Below, piece by piece: positions 1 to 8,884 of a stretch of DNA of 55,160 nucleotides. Below the pieces are notes generated by a model. The model was given only the letters and a program-made list of their open reading frames with translations, was not told the DNA's origin and did no database searches. This DNA comes from an uncultured Candidatus Saccharibacteria bacterium (lineage in GTDB: Bacteria > Patescibacteriota > Dojkabacteria > SC72). How positions within the stretch are numbered: position 1 is the first letter of the stretch; the number at the start of each line of letters is the position of its first letter. The stretch is from contig CAYVBS010000002.1 in NCBI GenBank assembly GCA_964449955.1, positions 1 through 55,160 on the forward strand, given 5' to 3'. A program made the translations under genes and the position numbers.

Positions 1-1508
1 ATATCTATCATATCTGCTTCTTTTCTTCTTGCTTCTTCTAATTCTTGTACTTTTATCTGTAGTTCTTTAGTTTGCTCGTTTACTTTTTGTTGGAGTACCT
101 TATTAAAGTTTTCTACTTCTTGATAGAGAATGGATCTTCCAAATGCCATAGAGGCGTTTATGATCAGATTCTCTAAGAATTGAATCTCTTCTATTGTGTA
201 CGAAGAGTCAGAACCTTTTGCTCCTAGCAGTATTACACCATTTAACTGTACTTTTCTGTTTAATGGCATTATGATTTCTAAATTTTCTTGTTCCATGAAA
301 GATATTATTCTATTAAGTCTGGAATTCTCTTCTTTCTTTGAAAGGAGTTCATCTTTCACTAGTACAGTACTATGTCCTAATTCTGTCCAATATTGAATTA
401 CTTGAAGTAAGTCTCTTAATGGAAATCTCTCCTCACTCATACCTCTTAATGCTTTATAAAGTACTTGAGAGTTATCCTTTCTAAATATTATTACCCCTGC
501 TTTTGACAAAGAGAACATTTTAGCAAGGGTACTAATTACTTCTATGCCCAATGTATTTATATTTAGCTTAGTACTTATTGATTTAGTGAACTGTTCTCTA
601 ACCTCTTCTGGGTTGTACTCACTAAATGCTAATACAGGAAATATTTTATCTTTTATAATGTCCCGGATTTTAAGATAACCAAGGGTGAAAAGTGCTGAGC
701 TAATTATCGCTACTATATATGACTCTTGTGAATATGATGTTTGATAAAAATATCTCTGAACACCAATAGTCATATACAAGAACGCGATAGCAAGTAGGAT
801 CAGGATTGCATTGTAGAGTGTTTTCCCCACAATAAATTTAATACCGAACAATCTATTCTCTACATAGGAATATGTAGTAAAAATACTAATACTACTAACA
901 GCTATGGGTCCCCATACTGTGGAATTAGAGCTTCCCGTTAATATAGGAAAAATTAGGTTAGTAATAAGTGCAACTGTCCCGCCTACTACGATACCTGTAG
1001 TTAAATATGTTAATCTGAGTGAATCAAGGCCTCTTACTGTCTTTCGATACTTAAATATAGTTACTAACAAGATTGAAATGCCAGATAACACAAAGGCTAT
1101 ATAGAAAAGAGCTAGAGGTCCGAATTCGACAGGAACAAATTGAGAATCTGTCGTATGAACAGAGACAACCATTCTATCCATGAAAGAGACAACTATGGAA
1201 AGGATGCTACCAAGAACAAAAACCCAGGAAGTAGGATCTACCTTCTTATAAATAATGTGCCTGAGAAAGAGTACAAAGCTTGTTACTGAAATAGAAGTAG
1301 AAGCAAATGTTAACCTGATGAGCCAAATAATATCAGCATTGTTTGGGAATACTCCAATAATCCATACAGATACTATCCACAGTATAATGCTTATATTGAA
1401 TATAGCTAGCATTTTTAAGGGAATATTATTTCGCCATTTGCGAGCAATCAAGAACACTAAAAATAAGTGCAATAGAATCTCTGCTATGTATAAGATTTCT
1501 GTGTACAT
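1..1508 (-). CDS. sensor histidine kinase, N-terminal portion (polytopic membrane sensor + GAF + coiled-coil linker); the kinase core lies beyond the left window edge
   Basis: Absent from the ORF track because there is no stop in the window. Hand translation of the minus strand from ATG 1508-1506 stays open to base 1: MYTEILYIAEILLHLFLVFLIARKW..., about 8 hydrophobic spans. A GAF-like segment follows (...IIMPLNRKVQLNGVILLGAKGSDSSYTIEEIQFLENLIINASMAFGRSILYQ...), then a heptad linker (...LQIKVQELEEARRKEADMIDI) of the kind that precedes a HisKA H-box. Confidence 0.7.
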   Translation of the reverse strand, partial: MYTEILYIAEILLHLFLVFLIARKWRNNIPLKMLAIFNISIILWIVSVWIIGVFPNNADIIWLIRLTFASTSISVTSFVLFLRHIIYKKVDPTSWVFVLGSILSIVVSFMDRMVVSVHTTDSQFVPVEFGPLALFYIAFVLSGISILLVTIFKYRKTVRGLDSLRLTYLTTGIVVGGTVALITNLIFPILTGSSNSTVWGPIAVSSISIFTTYSYVENRLFGIKFIVGKTLYNAILILLAIAFLYMTIGVQRYFYQTSYSQESYIVAIISSALFTLGYLKIRDIIKDKIFPVLAFSEYNPEEVREQFTKSISTKLNINTLGIEVISTLAKMFSLSKAGVIIFRKDNSQVLYKALRGMSEERFPLRDLLQVIQYWTELGHSTVLVKDELLSKKEENSRLNRIISFMEQENLEIIMPLNRKVQLNGVILLGAKGSDSSYTIEEIQFLENLIINASMAFGRSILYQEVENFNKVLQQKVNEQTKELQIKVQELEEARRKEADMID

Positions 1509-1560
1509 ATTGATCTAGATCTTTTAATATAACAGCTGTTAATTTCCTTGGGTTTTGTAT

Positions 1561-3348
1561 TTATCTATTGCTAAGGTCTGTACTGTCTATTACAGTATAA
1601 TATACAGAGACGCCATCTTCTACAAGTTTACTAGTAGTAGAATTCTCATTGCTCTTACTGAATAGCTTGTTTATAGCAGATTCATATATATAGGGAGGGT
1701 TCGTTAATTGAGGAAGTATATCTTTCCAGGTTTCTCCATTGTGGATGTTGCTTCTTATCTCTTCAATGAGTGCAACTTCGTCTGGTTCTAAATTACTCCT
1801 CCAGTCCTTTAGGAAGTAATCTGCTCCTGAAATAATAATACTCTGTGTCTCGATAGTATCTCTTTTTAATTCAAAGCCTTCTAATTTCTTAAATTGTGTA
1901 TTTCTATTAGCCATGTTAAAAAACCTTCCTCTTGACTCGTCTGTCATGAAAAACACAATCATGAGATTCTCTTTCTCTGCATAATCAGTAAACTCTTCGT
2001 TTAATGTTGTGAAGACTCGCTTTACATCCTGTCTTGATAGTTGCATGTCTAGAGCGGTTGCCAACCTTCTTATCTCAGCAATCTTTACATTTTCTCCATT
2101 TTCCAAAGCTTTAGAAATTCTAGGATCGTTTTTCCCTACTGCTACTCTTAAGGAATCTTCTAAACTTATTTCATTTTCCGTATCAAGTGGTTTAATAAGC
2201 TCCTCTATCTCTAATCCTATTTCTCCCGGCTGTTGCATTGTTGCCACTGCGATTGGTTGTGGAGAGTTTCTTGAAGACATTACTACTACTCTTCCTTCAG
2301 GTTTCTTGTCAAAGCGATCTGTCCTAGGAACGTTCCTGTTGACATTGCCCTTGGTATAACTGTCTTTTCTGAAATCTCCTATTTTACCAAGTATGTCTGG
2401 GTGTAACTGTCCATCAAATATAATGGTTTTATCCCACTCGGGTTGAACGTTTATTCCTGCTTCTAAGCCAGTTCGTTCAAAGATTAGGGTAGTATTGCTA
2501 CCGATATAGTTGTAGGGAGTACTTTTCTTTAAGGTAAATAGCCCAGTTGATTCAACAAATTCTATTACTTCTTCTTCACTTTTGAAGAAGTGGCATCGAC
2601 TAGTTAAAGTTTTGTTTTCTTTTAACACATTGAGTAATTCTCGATCGGTGAATTTCTTTACTAAATTACCCCATGAACTGTTTCCTAATGTTCGGGCTGC
2701 ATGAGCTTCTTTTTTTACAAAATCTGCTATTCCCTCCAATCCAAGATTTTTTGCAGACTGTAAAGGGTCAGAAATGATTAATGTACCCCCTTCTTGAATT
2801 ATGCTGGCGGCATTTACTAGAGCTATTTTTCTTAAGTAAAGAGCTTCTTCATCACTGAAATTTCTTGTACCTTCGCTTGGGAGTGTTGTTGCATACCAGC
2901 AATTTTCCATTGTTGCGACATCTACTTTCTCGCTAAGATCCATACCTAAAATGTTGGTGAGATCTCTTTCTATATATCGGAAACGCTTATCCTGTGAAGT
3001 TTCGGCGGGTCCTGCCATGTCTAGATTTCTGTCGATTGCTAAACATTCAATACCAGTACTTTTTAATATGTTGCTGATTGGAGCTCTGCCTGCACCTAAC
3101 TCTGCGAAGGTCGGTGGGAAATGATTACTCTCTGCAGATTCTATTGACTGAACGACTTCGAAGGTTATTTGTAAATCGAGTTGTTTTTTTAGGGATAACT
3201 CTGTAACAGTGTTGTAGGTTTCTCCTCCATACTCTGTACTACTCCATATGATTTTCTCACCTTGTTTTTCTTCGATGTTCATTAGGTTTAAAATTTCTAA
3301 TCCAGTATTTTGATTATATATGAATGTACTGAATAATGACAACGACAA
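1561..3348 (-). CDS. two-domain protein: N-terminal class I SAM-dependent methyltransferase fold plus a C-terminal domain of unknown function (possibly GNAT/FeeM-like)
   Basis: ORF track, 595 aa, TTG start; the ATG at 3282 (MNIEEKQ...) is a likelier start. Motif-I-like FAELGAGRAPISNILKSTGIECLAIDRN. The C-terminal half has ...VKIAEIRRLAT..., which weakly recalls the E-x-x-R-L-A core of FeeM/autoinducer-synthase-like acyltransferases. Confidence 0.5.
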   Translation of the reverse strand: MSLSLFSTFIYNQNTGLEILNLMNIEEKQGEKIIWSSTEYGGETYNTVTELSLKKQLDLQITFEVVQSIESAESNHFPPTFAELGAGRAPISNILKSTGIECLAIDRNLDMAGPAETSQDKRFRYIERDLTNILGMDLSEKVDVATMENCWYATTLPSEGTRNFSDEEALYLRKIALVNAASIIQEGGTLIISDPLQSAKNLGLEGIADFVKKEAHAARTLGNSSWGNLVKKFTDRELLNVLKENKTLTSRCHFFKSEEEVIEFVESTGLFTLKKSTPYNYIGSNTTLIFERTGLEAGINVQPEWDKTIIFDGQLHPDILGKIGDFRKDSYTKGNVNRNVPRTDRFDKKPEGRVVVMSSRNSPQPIAVATMQQPGEIGLEIEELIKPLDTENEISLEDSLRVAVGKNDPRISKALENGENVKIAEIRRLATALDMQLSRQDVKRVFTTLNEEFTDYAEKENLMIVFFMTDESRGRFFNMANRNTQFKKLEGFELKRDTIETQSIIISGADYFLKDWRSNLEPDEVALIEEIRSNIHNGETWKDILPQLTNPPYIYESAINKLFSKSNENSTTSKLVEDGVSVYYTVIDSTDLSNR

Positions 3349-3356
3349 CTATATTT

Positions 3357-4340
3357 TTACTCCACCACCCTAATAAAATACTGCTTAGGTTTTAACTCCT
3401 GCTCTACTACACTTTTCCACTCTGTATGTCTATCTGATAATCTAATTAATTGATTCTTCTCCATAAAATATGGATCCACTATTCTAGATTTACACCATAT
3501 CTCTTCTTCAAAGTTCTTTGGATTGTTCTCAAATACAACCTTGTTATTCATTCTGTTCCAATACTTTTCTAACTGAGGATCTGTATGTACATATTTAATA
3601 ACCTTACCTAGTACATGTGTATCATCCTTCTCAAAATCATCAGTCGAAATATAGTTTCTTTCAAGAGAGTACTTCATCACATCCTTAATACCCTTAAACA
3701 TACTGGCACTCTTAATACCTGAATACTCCTTACTATTCATCTCATTGAATAGCTCTGCAAACTTTAGTGCATACTCTACTGTATCGAAGTACCAATCTCT
3801 CTGCTCATGTGTATAGAGATGGGATAATAGATCCTTAATTTCATCAAGTGTCCTATGTCCTAATCGAATACTATCCTTTAAACAGTAATCTATTCTGTCT
3901 GCACATATGTCAGGTATTTCATTTTCCTTGAGTGGGAAATTCTTCTCTTCAAGTACATAGTCTACATCACATGCGTACCTTTTCAATATCTTTACTACAT
4001 CTGAATTCCTAACATAGTGCTCAAATACCCTGTCCTGTAGATCCTGTTTCTCAATATTTCCATCTTTTAAGATATAATCTACTGCATGAGAGAAGGCGTA
4101 GTGACTTACATCATGTATTAATCCTGCTATTTGCTCCTCAATACTAGCGTCATACTTTCTAAGTAAAAGAAATACTCCTATGGAGTGATCATACCTTGTT
4201 CTTCCATTTGGATAGAATGCCTGACTGTATCCTGCGGTATCAATACCCTTTAACCTTCTTAGTGGATATGTTCTTATTAGATCAATGATAATGGGGTCAT
4301 TTACTTCAAAAGTGCCATAGAGATCATCCTTGAATATCAT
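3357..4340 (-). CDS. HD-domain phosphohydrolase, COG1078 / SAMHD1-like family
   Basis: 327 aa. N-terminal DLYGTFEVNDPIIIDLIRTYPLRRLKGI...YPNGRTRYDHSIGV followed by LIHDVSHYAFSH is the typical layout and H..HD motif of this family. It starts 8 nt downstream of the preceding gene, so probably the same operon. Confidence 0.75.
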   Translation of the reverse strand: MIFKDDLYGTFEVNDPIIIDLIRTYPLRRLKGIDTAGYSQAFYPNGRTRYDHSIGVFLLLRKYDASIEEQIAGLIHDVSHYAFSHAVDYILKDGNIEKQDLQDRVFEHYVRNSDVVKILKRYACDVDYVLEEKNFPLKENEIPDICADRIDYCLKDSIRLGHRTLDEIKDLLSHLYTHEQRDWYFDTVEYALKFAELFNEMNSKEYSGIKSASMFKGIKDVMKYSLERNYISTDDFEKDDTHVLGKVIKYVHTDPQLEKYWNRMNNKVVFENNPKNFEEEIWCKSRIVDPYFMEKNQLIRLSDRHTEWKSVVEQELKPKQYFIRVVE

Positions 4341-4382
4341 CTTTTCAGGTTCTAGAATTAAGTATGAAATATATTAGCACAG

Positions 4383-4398
4383 GTAGACCATGGTCTAC
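4383..4398. promoter_or_regulatory. perfect 16-bp palindrome GTAGACCATGGTCTAC upstream of the HD gene (candidate operator)
   Basis: Read directly. It lies 43 nt upstream of the HD gene ATG (4340) in the aspS-HD intergenic region. There is no loop and no T-tract, so it is unlikely to be a terminator. Confidence 0.3.
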
Positions 4399-4592
4399 AA
4401 AAAGATATATGTTTACTAATTAAGATTGATAACCTGGGTACTCTCACCTTCGTTCTTATTTTCACTAAACTATTGTTATATTAAACATTTTATAAAAAAA
4501 TATGATTAGATCCCATGGCAACATTAGAATAAATGCTCAAAATTCTGAGATGTATATTAAACAGACGGGAAGGTAAGTTCTCTCTTAGAATG

Positions 4593-5924
4593 TTACTTTT
4601 TAGCTAACAACTTCCCCAACCTATTTGGTGTATTAGGAAGATATGTAGTTTCTAATATACTTCCAAACTCTAACATCTTCATTAGTAATCTCTCTGTACC
4701 AATTGCAAAACCACCGTGTGGTGGACAACCATATTCAAAATACTCAAAGTACTCTTTAAGAGAATCTTCTGAAATACCTCTCTGTGCTGCATTAGCTTTT
4801 AGTTCATCTAATCTGTGCTCTCTCTGTGCACCAGTGGTAACTTCTAAACCTTTCCAGAACAGATCAAAACCTAGTGCTAACTTAGGATCATCAGTATTCT
4901 TCATATGGTAGAATGCACGTCTTTCGTGAGGATAGTCGATCATAAAGAGGAATTCACATCCAGTTTCTTCTTCCATGATCTCCCCTATTGCCTTCTCTTC
5001 TACTGGAGAAAAGTCTCCTACATCTTTACTTGGTATACCTGCTTTAGCAAGTTTCTCTTTTGCCTCTTTTACAGTTAGGTATGGGAAGTCTCCATCTGGT
5101 ACTTTAATATCTATACCAAATACTCTTTTAATATCCTCTCCATATCTCTCTTTCACTTGGGTTAACATGTGTTTAAGCATCTCCTGTTCAAAGTGAGTAA
5201 CATCTCTGTATGAATCTATATACCCTATCTCTACATCAAAGCTGGTGTATTCTGTTAAGTGTCTGGTTGTAAAAGATTTCTCTGCTCTAAATACTGGACC
5301 CATATTAAATACTTTTTCTAGGTCTGCAGCTATACCCATCTGTTTATGGAATTGAGGTGATTGAGCTAAGTATGCCTTCCTATCAAAGTACTTCACTTCA
5401 AATACATTCGCACCACCCTCACTTGCAGCACTGATAACTCTTGGTCCCTGTATTTCTCTAAATCCATTCTGTAAGCAGTAATCTCTAAGTGCTTGTCCCA
5501 TTAGCGTAGCTACAGCCATCATTAATTGATTCTTCTCACTTCTAAGATCTATCCATCTGTAATCTAATCTTCTATCCAAAGCAGATACGTTATCTGTATG
5601 TTCATCTTCTATGACAATGGGTAGTGGTGCTTTAGCTAATGAATCTATCTTTAAATTCTTTATACCTACTTCGTATCCACTTGCTACCTGTTTTGCTTCT
5701 TTTACCTCCCCTACTATATCTACTACAGATTCTAGGGTTAATGTCTTAGCTGTTTTGAATACATCTTCATCACCGTGCCATGCTACTGTTTGTACTTTAC
5801 CACTTCTATCTCTTAGTACTATGAAAATGATTTTACCCTGGTCTCTAATGGTATCTACTCTCCCTCGTACTCTTACTTCTTTACCTATATGACTAGAGAG
5901 CTCTGTTATTTGTACTCTTTCCAT
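4593..5924 (-). CDS. aspS: aspartyl-tRNA synthetase, short archaeal/eukaryal type (class IIb)
   Basis: 443 aa. N-terminal OB-fold anticodon-binding domain, LAQSPQFHKQM (AspRS QSPQ motif), FRAE motif 2, GGFAIGTERLLM motif 3. The length fits the archaeal-type enzyme rather than the ~590-aa bacterial type. Confidence 0.9.
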   Translation of the reverse strand: MERVQITELSSHIGKEVRVRGRVDTIRDQGKIIFIVLRDRSGKVQTVAWHGDEDVFKTAKTLTLESVVDIVGEVKEAKQVASGYEVGIKNLKIDSLAKAPLPIVIEDEHTDNVSALDRRLDYRWIDLRSEKNQLMMAVATLMGQALRDYCLQNGFREIQGPRVISAASEGGANVFEVKYFDRKAYLAQSPQFHKQMGIAADLEKVFNMGPVFRAEKSFTTRHLTEYTSFDVEIGYIDSYRDVTHFEQEMLKHMLTQVKERYGEDIKRVFGIDIKVPDGDFPYLTVKEAKEKLAKAGIPSKDVGDFSPVEEKAIGEIMEEETGCEFLFMIDYPHERRAFYHMKNTDDPKLALGFDLFWKGLEVTTGAQREHRLDELKANAAQRGISEDSLKEYFEYFEYGCPPHGGFAIGTERLLMKMLEFGSILETTYLPNTPNRLGKLLAKK

Positions 5925-6000
5925 TTGTTCAAAACAACAAGTTAATATCGCCTATTATACACTTCTTTTTGAGTGTAGGAAAACAGTAGCTAAGTGAAAG

Positions 6001-6591
6001 TTAATCTGCAGAGATATATAATGTGAGTGAGGTAAGCTCTTCTCTGGTTGTTGGTAATCCTAAGTCTTGTAAGAAGGTTAAATTTACTTCTTGTTGAAGA
6101 AAGTCTTTTCTTACATTTAGCTCCTTCTCTGTATTTAATATCTCTTCTTTGTGATATGGATAGTCTAAAAGATAGAGATTAATATCAACAGTGCTTGTAT
6201 CTGGTTTGTTGTGTTCTTTGAGTATGTATTTGTCAGGAATTTGGTACTTCTCTGTTAGTTTAGTTTCCCATTCTTTTAATTCTTCTTCTGCTTGTATTAA
6301 CTCAGTACTTGTTAATGTAAGACCAAGCAAGTTGCTTGTTAATGAATACCCCTTTATTTCCCCTACCATTACATCTTTTACTAGCTGTAGTCTTGAGATC
6401 ATCTGCGCATTAAATCCATACTTAGGTTTATTCTCTCCGAGTTGGTTTAACTCTTTGTAATTTTTCTTACTTCTTCTCTCAATTACTAATTGTACATTAG
6501 TATTTTGGGGCAGGGTGAAATAACCAAACTTCCTTATGGATTCCTCTATTTCTTCTAGATTAAAATTTTGGTACTCTTTCTCCTCTTCCAT
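6001..6591 (-). CDS. hypothetical protein
   Basis: 196-aa ORF on the same strand as its neighbours; no motif recognised. Confidence 0.45.
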   Translation of the reverse strand: MEEEKEYQNFNLEEIEESIRKFGYFTLPQNTNVQLVIERRSKKNYKELNQLGENKPKYGFNAQMISRLQLVKDVMVGEIKGYSLTSNLLGLTLTSTELIQAEEELKEWETKLTEKYQIPDKYILKEHNKPDTSTVDINLYLLDYPYHKEEILNTEKELNVRKDFLQQEVNLTFLQDLGLPTTREELTSLTLYISAD

Positions 6592-6776
6592 ATTTAAAGA
6601 TTACAAATGTATCCTATAAAATGATAATGGTGAGGGTAAACTAAAGCAAGAAGTGGGTATTTGTACTAACTTCTAGTGAAAGATATATGGTTGTTATCTT
6701 GATGTTGACTGGGGTTACAAAGACTACTCCTGCGCAAGATATTTTGTCCATATGATTATTATACAGGAGAATTCTA

Positions 6777-6812
6777 ATGGTGGGCGATATTGAAGGGTGT
6801 AGAATATTTTTA
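6777..6812 (-). repeat. att-like site S1: tRNA-Val 3'-end core + decayed second arm
   Basis: ATGGTGGGCGATA (6777-6789) matches 20145-20157 at the tRNA-Val 3' end 13/13. The following arm, TTGAAGGGTGTAGAAT, only loosely resembles TTAAAGTGCATGGAAC. Confidence 0.7.
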
Positions 6813-6818
6813 TCTCTA

Positions 6819-7610
6819 TTACAGTCCAAATATTGATATCGTATTTTTGTAGAAAACATCGTCCTTCTGATTGTCAGAAATATCTAAACTCTTTATTAAT
6901 GATATATGATCTTGAATATTGCACATACCGTAATCACTACCATACAGAACTTTTTTATTGTATCTCTTAATGAGAGCCTCTAAGGAGTATTTAATTCTCC
7001 CTTCTCCTGTTTTTATAATAACTTCTTTATCTGCTAATGCAGATGTATCATAATTTATATTGGGAATTTCTTTTGTAATATTGAGACAATATTCTACCTT
7101 TGGCCAAAATAAATGACTGATAACAATCTTCAAAGATGGAAAATGACTAGCAACTTCAGCAATATATTTAGGATCGTTATATTTTGCACACTTGCTATCC
7201 TCACTATTTTCTCCTGTATGTATTACAAGAGGTTTGTCATATTTAATACATAATTTGAAAAAAGGTTCCAATCTTTTATCATGGGGATAATGATTATCAT
7301 GTCCTGGAAAGATCTTGAGGCCTACTATTTGATTAGATAAAAAACAATTATTCAATTCAATTAATTTACTTTTTAGATCATCTTCTAAGATATTTATAGT
7401 TCCTAACACATGAATGTTTGGTACATCGGAAAAAAGGTCTATGCACTGTTTAAGATTGCCAATCGGAGAGACTTCTACATTATCAGGTATTACAATCCCT
7501 AGTTCTATAGAGTTCTTTTTTAATTCTAACAATAGTTCCTCTCTCTGTTGTTTAAGAGATGATAGGTATGGTCTAACAGGTAAGTGTAAATGAGAATCTA
7601 TAATTTTCAT
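6819..7610 (-). CDS. metal-dependent amidohydrolase (amidohydrolase_2 / TIM-barrel hydrolase family)
   Basis: 263 aa. MKIIDSHLHL (HxH), ...VIHTGE..., ...ISHLFWP..., ...YGSDYG... are spaced as the metal ligands of this fold. Confidence 0.65.
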   Translation of the reverse strand: MKIIDSHLHLPVRPYLSSLKQQREELLLELKKNSIELGIVIPDNVEVSPIGNLKQCIDLFSDVPNIHVLGTINILEDDLKSKLIELNNCFLSNQIVGLKIFPGHDNHYPHDKRLEPFFKLCIKYDKPLVIHTGENSEDSKCAKYNDPKYIAEVASHFPSLKIVISHLFWPKVEYCLNITKEIPNINYDTSALADKEVIIKTGEGRIKYSLEALIKRYNKKVLYGSDYGMCNIQDHISLIKSLDISDNQKDDVFYKNTISIFGL

Positions 7611-7634
7611 AGATCATTATAGCAAGGTTTAGAG

Positions 7635-7669
7635 ATGGTGGGCGATATTGAAATATATGGCAAGAACAC
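7635..7669 (-). repeat. att-like site S2: tRNA-Val 3'-end core + decayed second arm
   Basis: ATGGTGGGCGATA at 7635-7647 (13/13). The second arm, TTGAAATATATGGCAAGAACACTTA, is related to the consensus with insertions. Confidence 0.7.
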
Positions 7670-8800
7670 TTATAGATTATCTTTAATCCATTGGTCGAGA
7701 GGATCTGTACTGTTCTTGTAATCCTCAATGGTAATTGGAATCTTTATATCTGGTTCAATCACATCAATATTCTGTCCAGGTAGAAGTTCAAAATACTTAT
7801 AAGAGCATGCAACTTTTATTCCTGAATTGGGAAGAACAATTTCTTTATGATCCCCAAATCTATTTGGTTTTTGTCCTGCATTTTCTCCTACCAAGGTTGC
7901 TCCTTTATTTTGTTTTAGGTATAAGAGGTGATGCATTGTTGCAGAGAAGGTTTTTCTTGCTATAGCTACATAGATAGGTTTGTTGTCTGGAAATTTTTCA
8001 AAAAGGTCTGCCATAATCTCCGTAGAACCACCATCATTCAGTCTGAAATCAACGATAATGTTTCTTGCATTCTTAGCACTCTCTAACAAATGAGCTTTGA
8101 ATTCTTCCAAGTACTCTTCCGTAAAGCCATCATTTGTACAATCGTTATATTGAAATATTAAATTACCATCTTCCATTCGGAATTGGTAAAGTTTGTTCCC
8201 CTCATATGTTGTACTCTCCTCTCTCTGTTGCTTACTCCACACTAATGGGTTCATTCGATAAAAAGTATCTCTATTCTCGCTTACCTTTAACTTTATATCT
8301 CCTTGATCTGTTTCAATTTGAATAGTTTCGGTACTGCTAAAACCATAATATCTAAGAATTTTATTAGATTCTAAAAACCAAGCTAGATCTCGTGCTAATA
8401 CTTCGGAGTTTTCTTTAGAAGAAAGATTTGCTAGTTTAGGTAGAACATTGCTAATTGTTACACCGTTGATAGCTAATAGCTGTCTGCCAAGTAAGTCAGA
8501 ATCTTTGGTTTCAGCACCAGTTATATAGAGGTTTCCTCCTATATCTAAGTACCTTACAGGGAAGAGTTCTTCTTCTCTAAATTCTTCTGACACACGTGTA
8601 TGGGCATCTCTTAAAAGGGCTAGAGATTCCTGCACTGCTATTTGAAAGAACTCCGGTTTTGCTTCAGTTGCTTTTTGTAGGGAATCCGTGAGTGTTTGTT
8701 TCTCAACATTCCTGTATGGGTCAAAGTGTATTTCTTCTAATTGCTGTTGTAGGTATTCAACATCTTTTTGTTCGGGTGTTTTTTCTAGCTCCGATTCCAT
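7670..8800 (-). CDS. S41-family (C-terminal processing / tricorn-core-like) serine peptidase homologue
   Basis: 376 aa. IIVDFRLNDGGS (cf. DLRnNgGG), KTFSATMH (cf. TaSAaE, catalytic Ser), LVGENAGQKPN (cf. GE.T.GK, catalytic Lys). Confidence 0.6.
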   Translation of the reverse strand: MESELEKTPEQKDVEYLQQQLEEIHFDPYRNVEKQTLTDSLQKATEAKPEFFQIAVQESLALLRDAHTRVSEEFREEELFPVRYLDIGGNLYITGAETKDSDLLGRQLLAINGVTISNVLPKLANLSSKENSEVLARDLAWFLESNKILRYYGFSSTETIQIETDQGDIKLKVSENRDTFYRMNPLVWSKQQREESTTYEGNKLYQFRMEDGNLIFQYNDCTNDGFTEEYLEEFKAHLLESAKNARNIIVDFRLNDGGSTEIMADLFEKFPDNKPIYVAIARKTFSATMHHLLYLKQNKGATLVGENAGQKPNRFGDHKEIVLPNSGIKVACSYKYFELLPGQNIDVIEPDIKIPITIEDYKNSTDPLDQWIKDNL

Positions 8801-8825
8801 GGCAGCATTATACAGGAAATTTGTA

Positions 8826-8860
8826 ATGGTGGGCGATATTAAAGTGCATGGAACTTAAAA
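8826..8860 (-). repeat. att-like site S3 (best-preserved copy)
   Basis: ATGGTGGGCGATA TTAAAGTGCATGGAACTTAAAA, preceded by ATTATACAGGAAATTTGTA (8807-8825), which is shared with S5. Confidence 0.8.
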
Positions 8861-8884
8861 GTGGAATTGTATTGTATACAACTT

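Noticed and set aside
5941-5962. A possible inverted terminal att remnant next to aspS (GTTAATATCGCCTATTATACAC contains TAATATCGCC, the reverse complement of GGCGATATTA from the site).
   Set aside because: Only 10 nt match, the CACCA part of the core is missing, and the adjacent ATTATAC is simply the -10 box (TGTATAAT) of the aspS promoter. Chance plus promoter consensus is an adequate explanation. It is mentioned only as a possible boundary clue.
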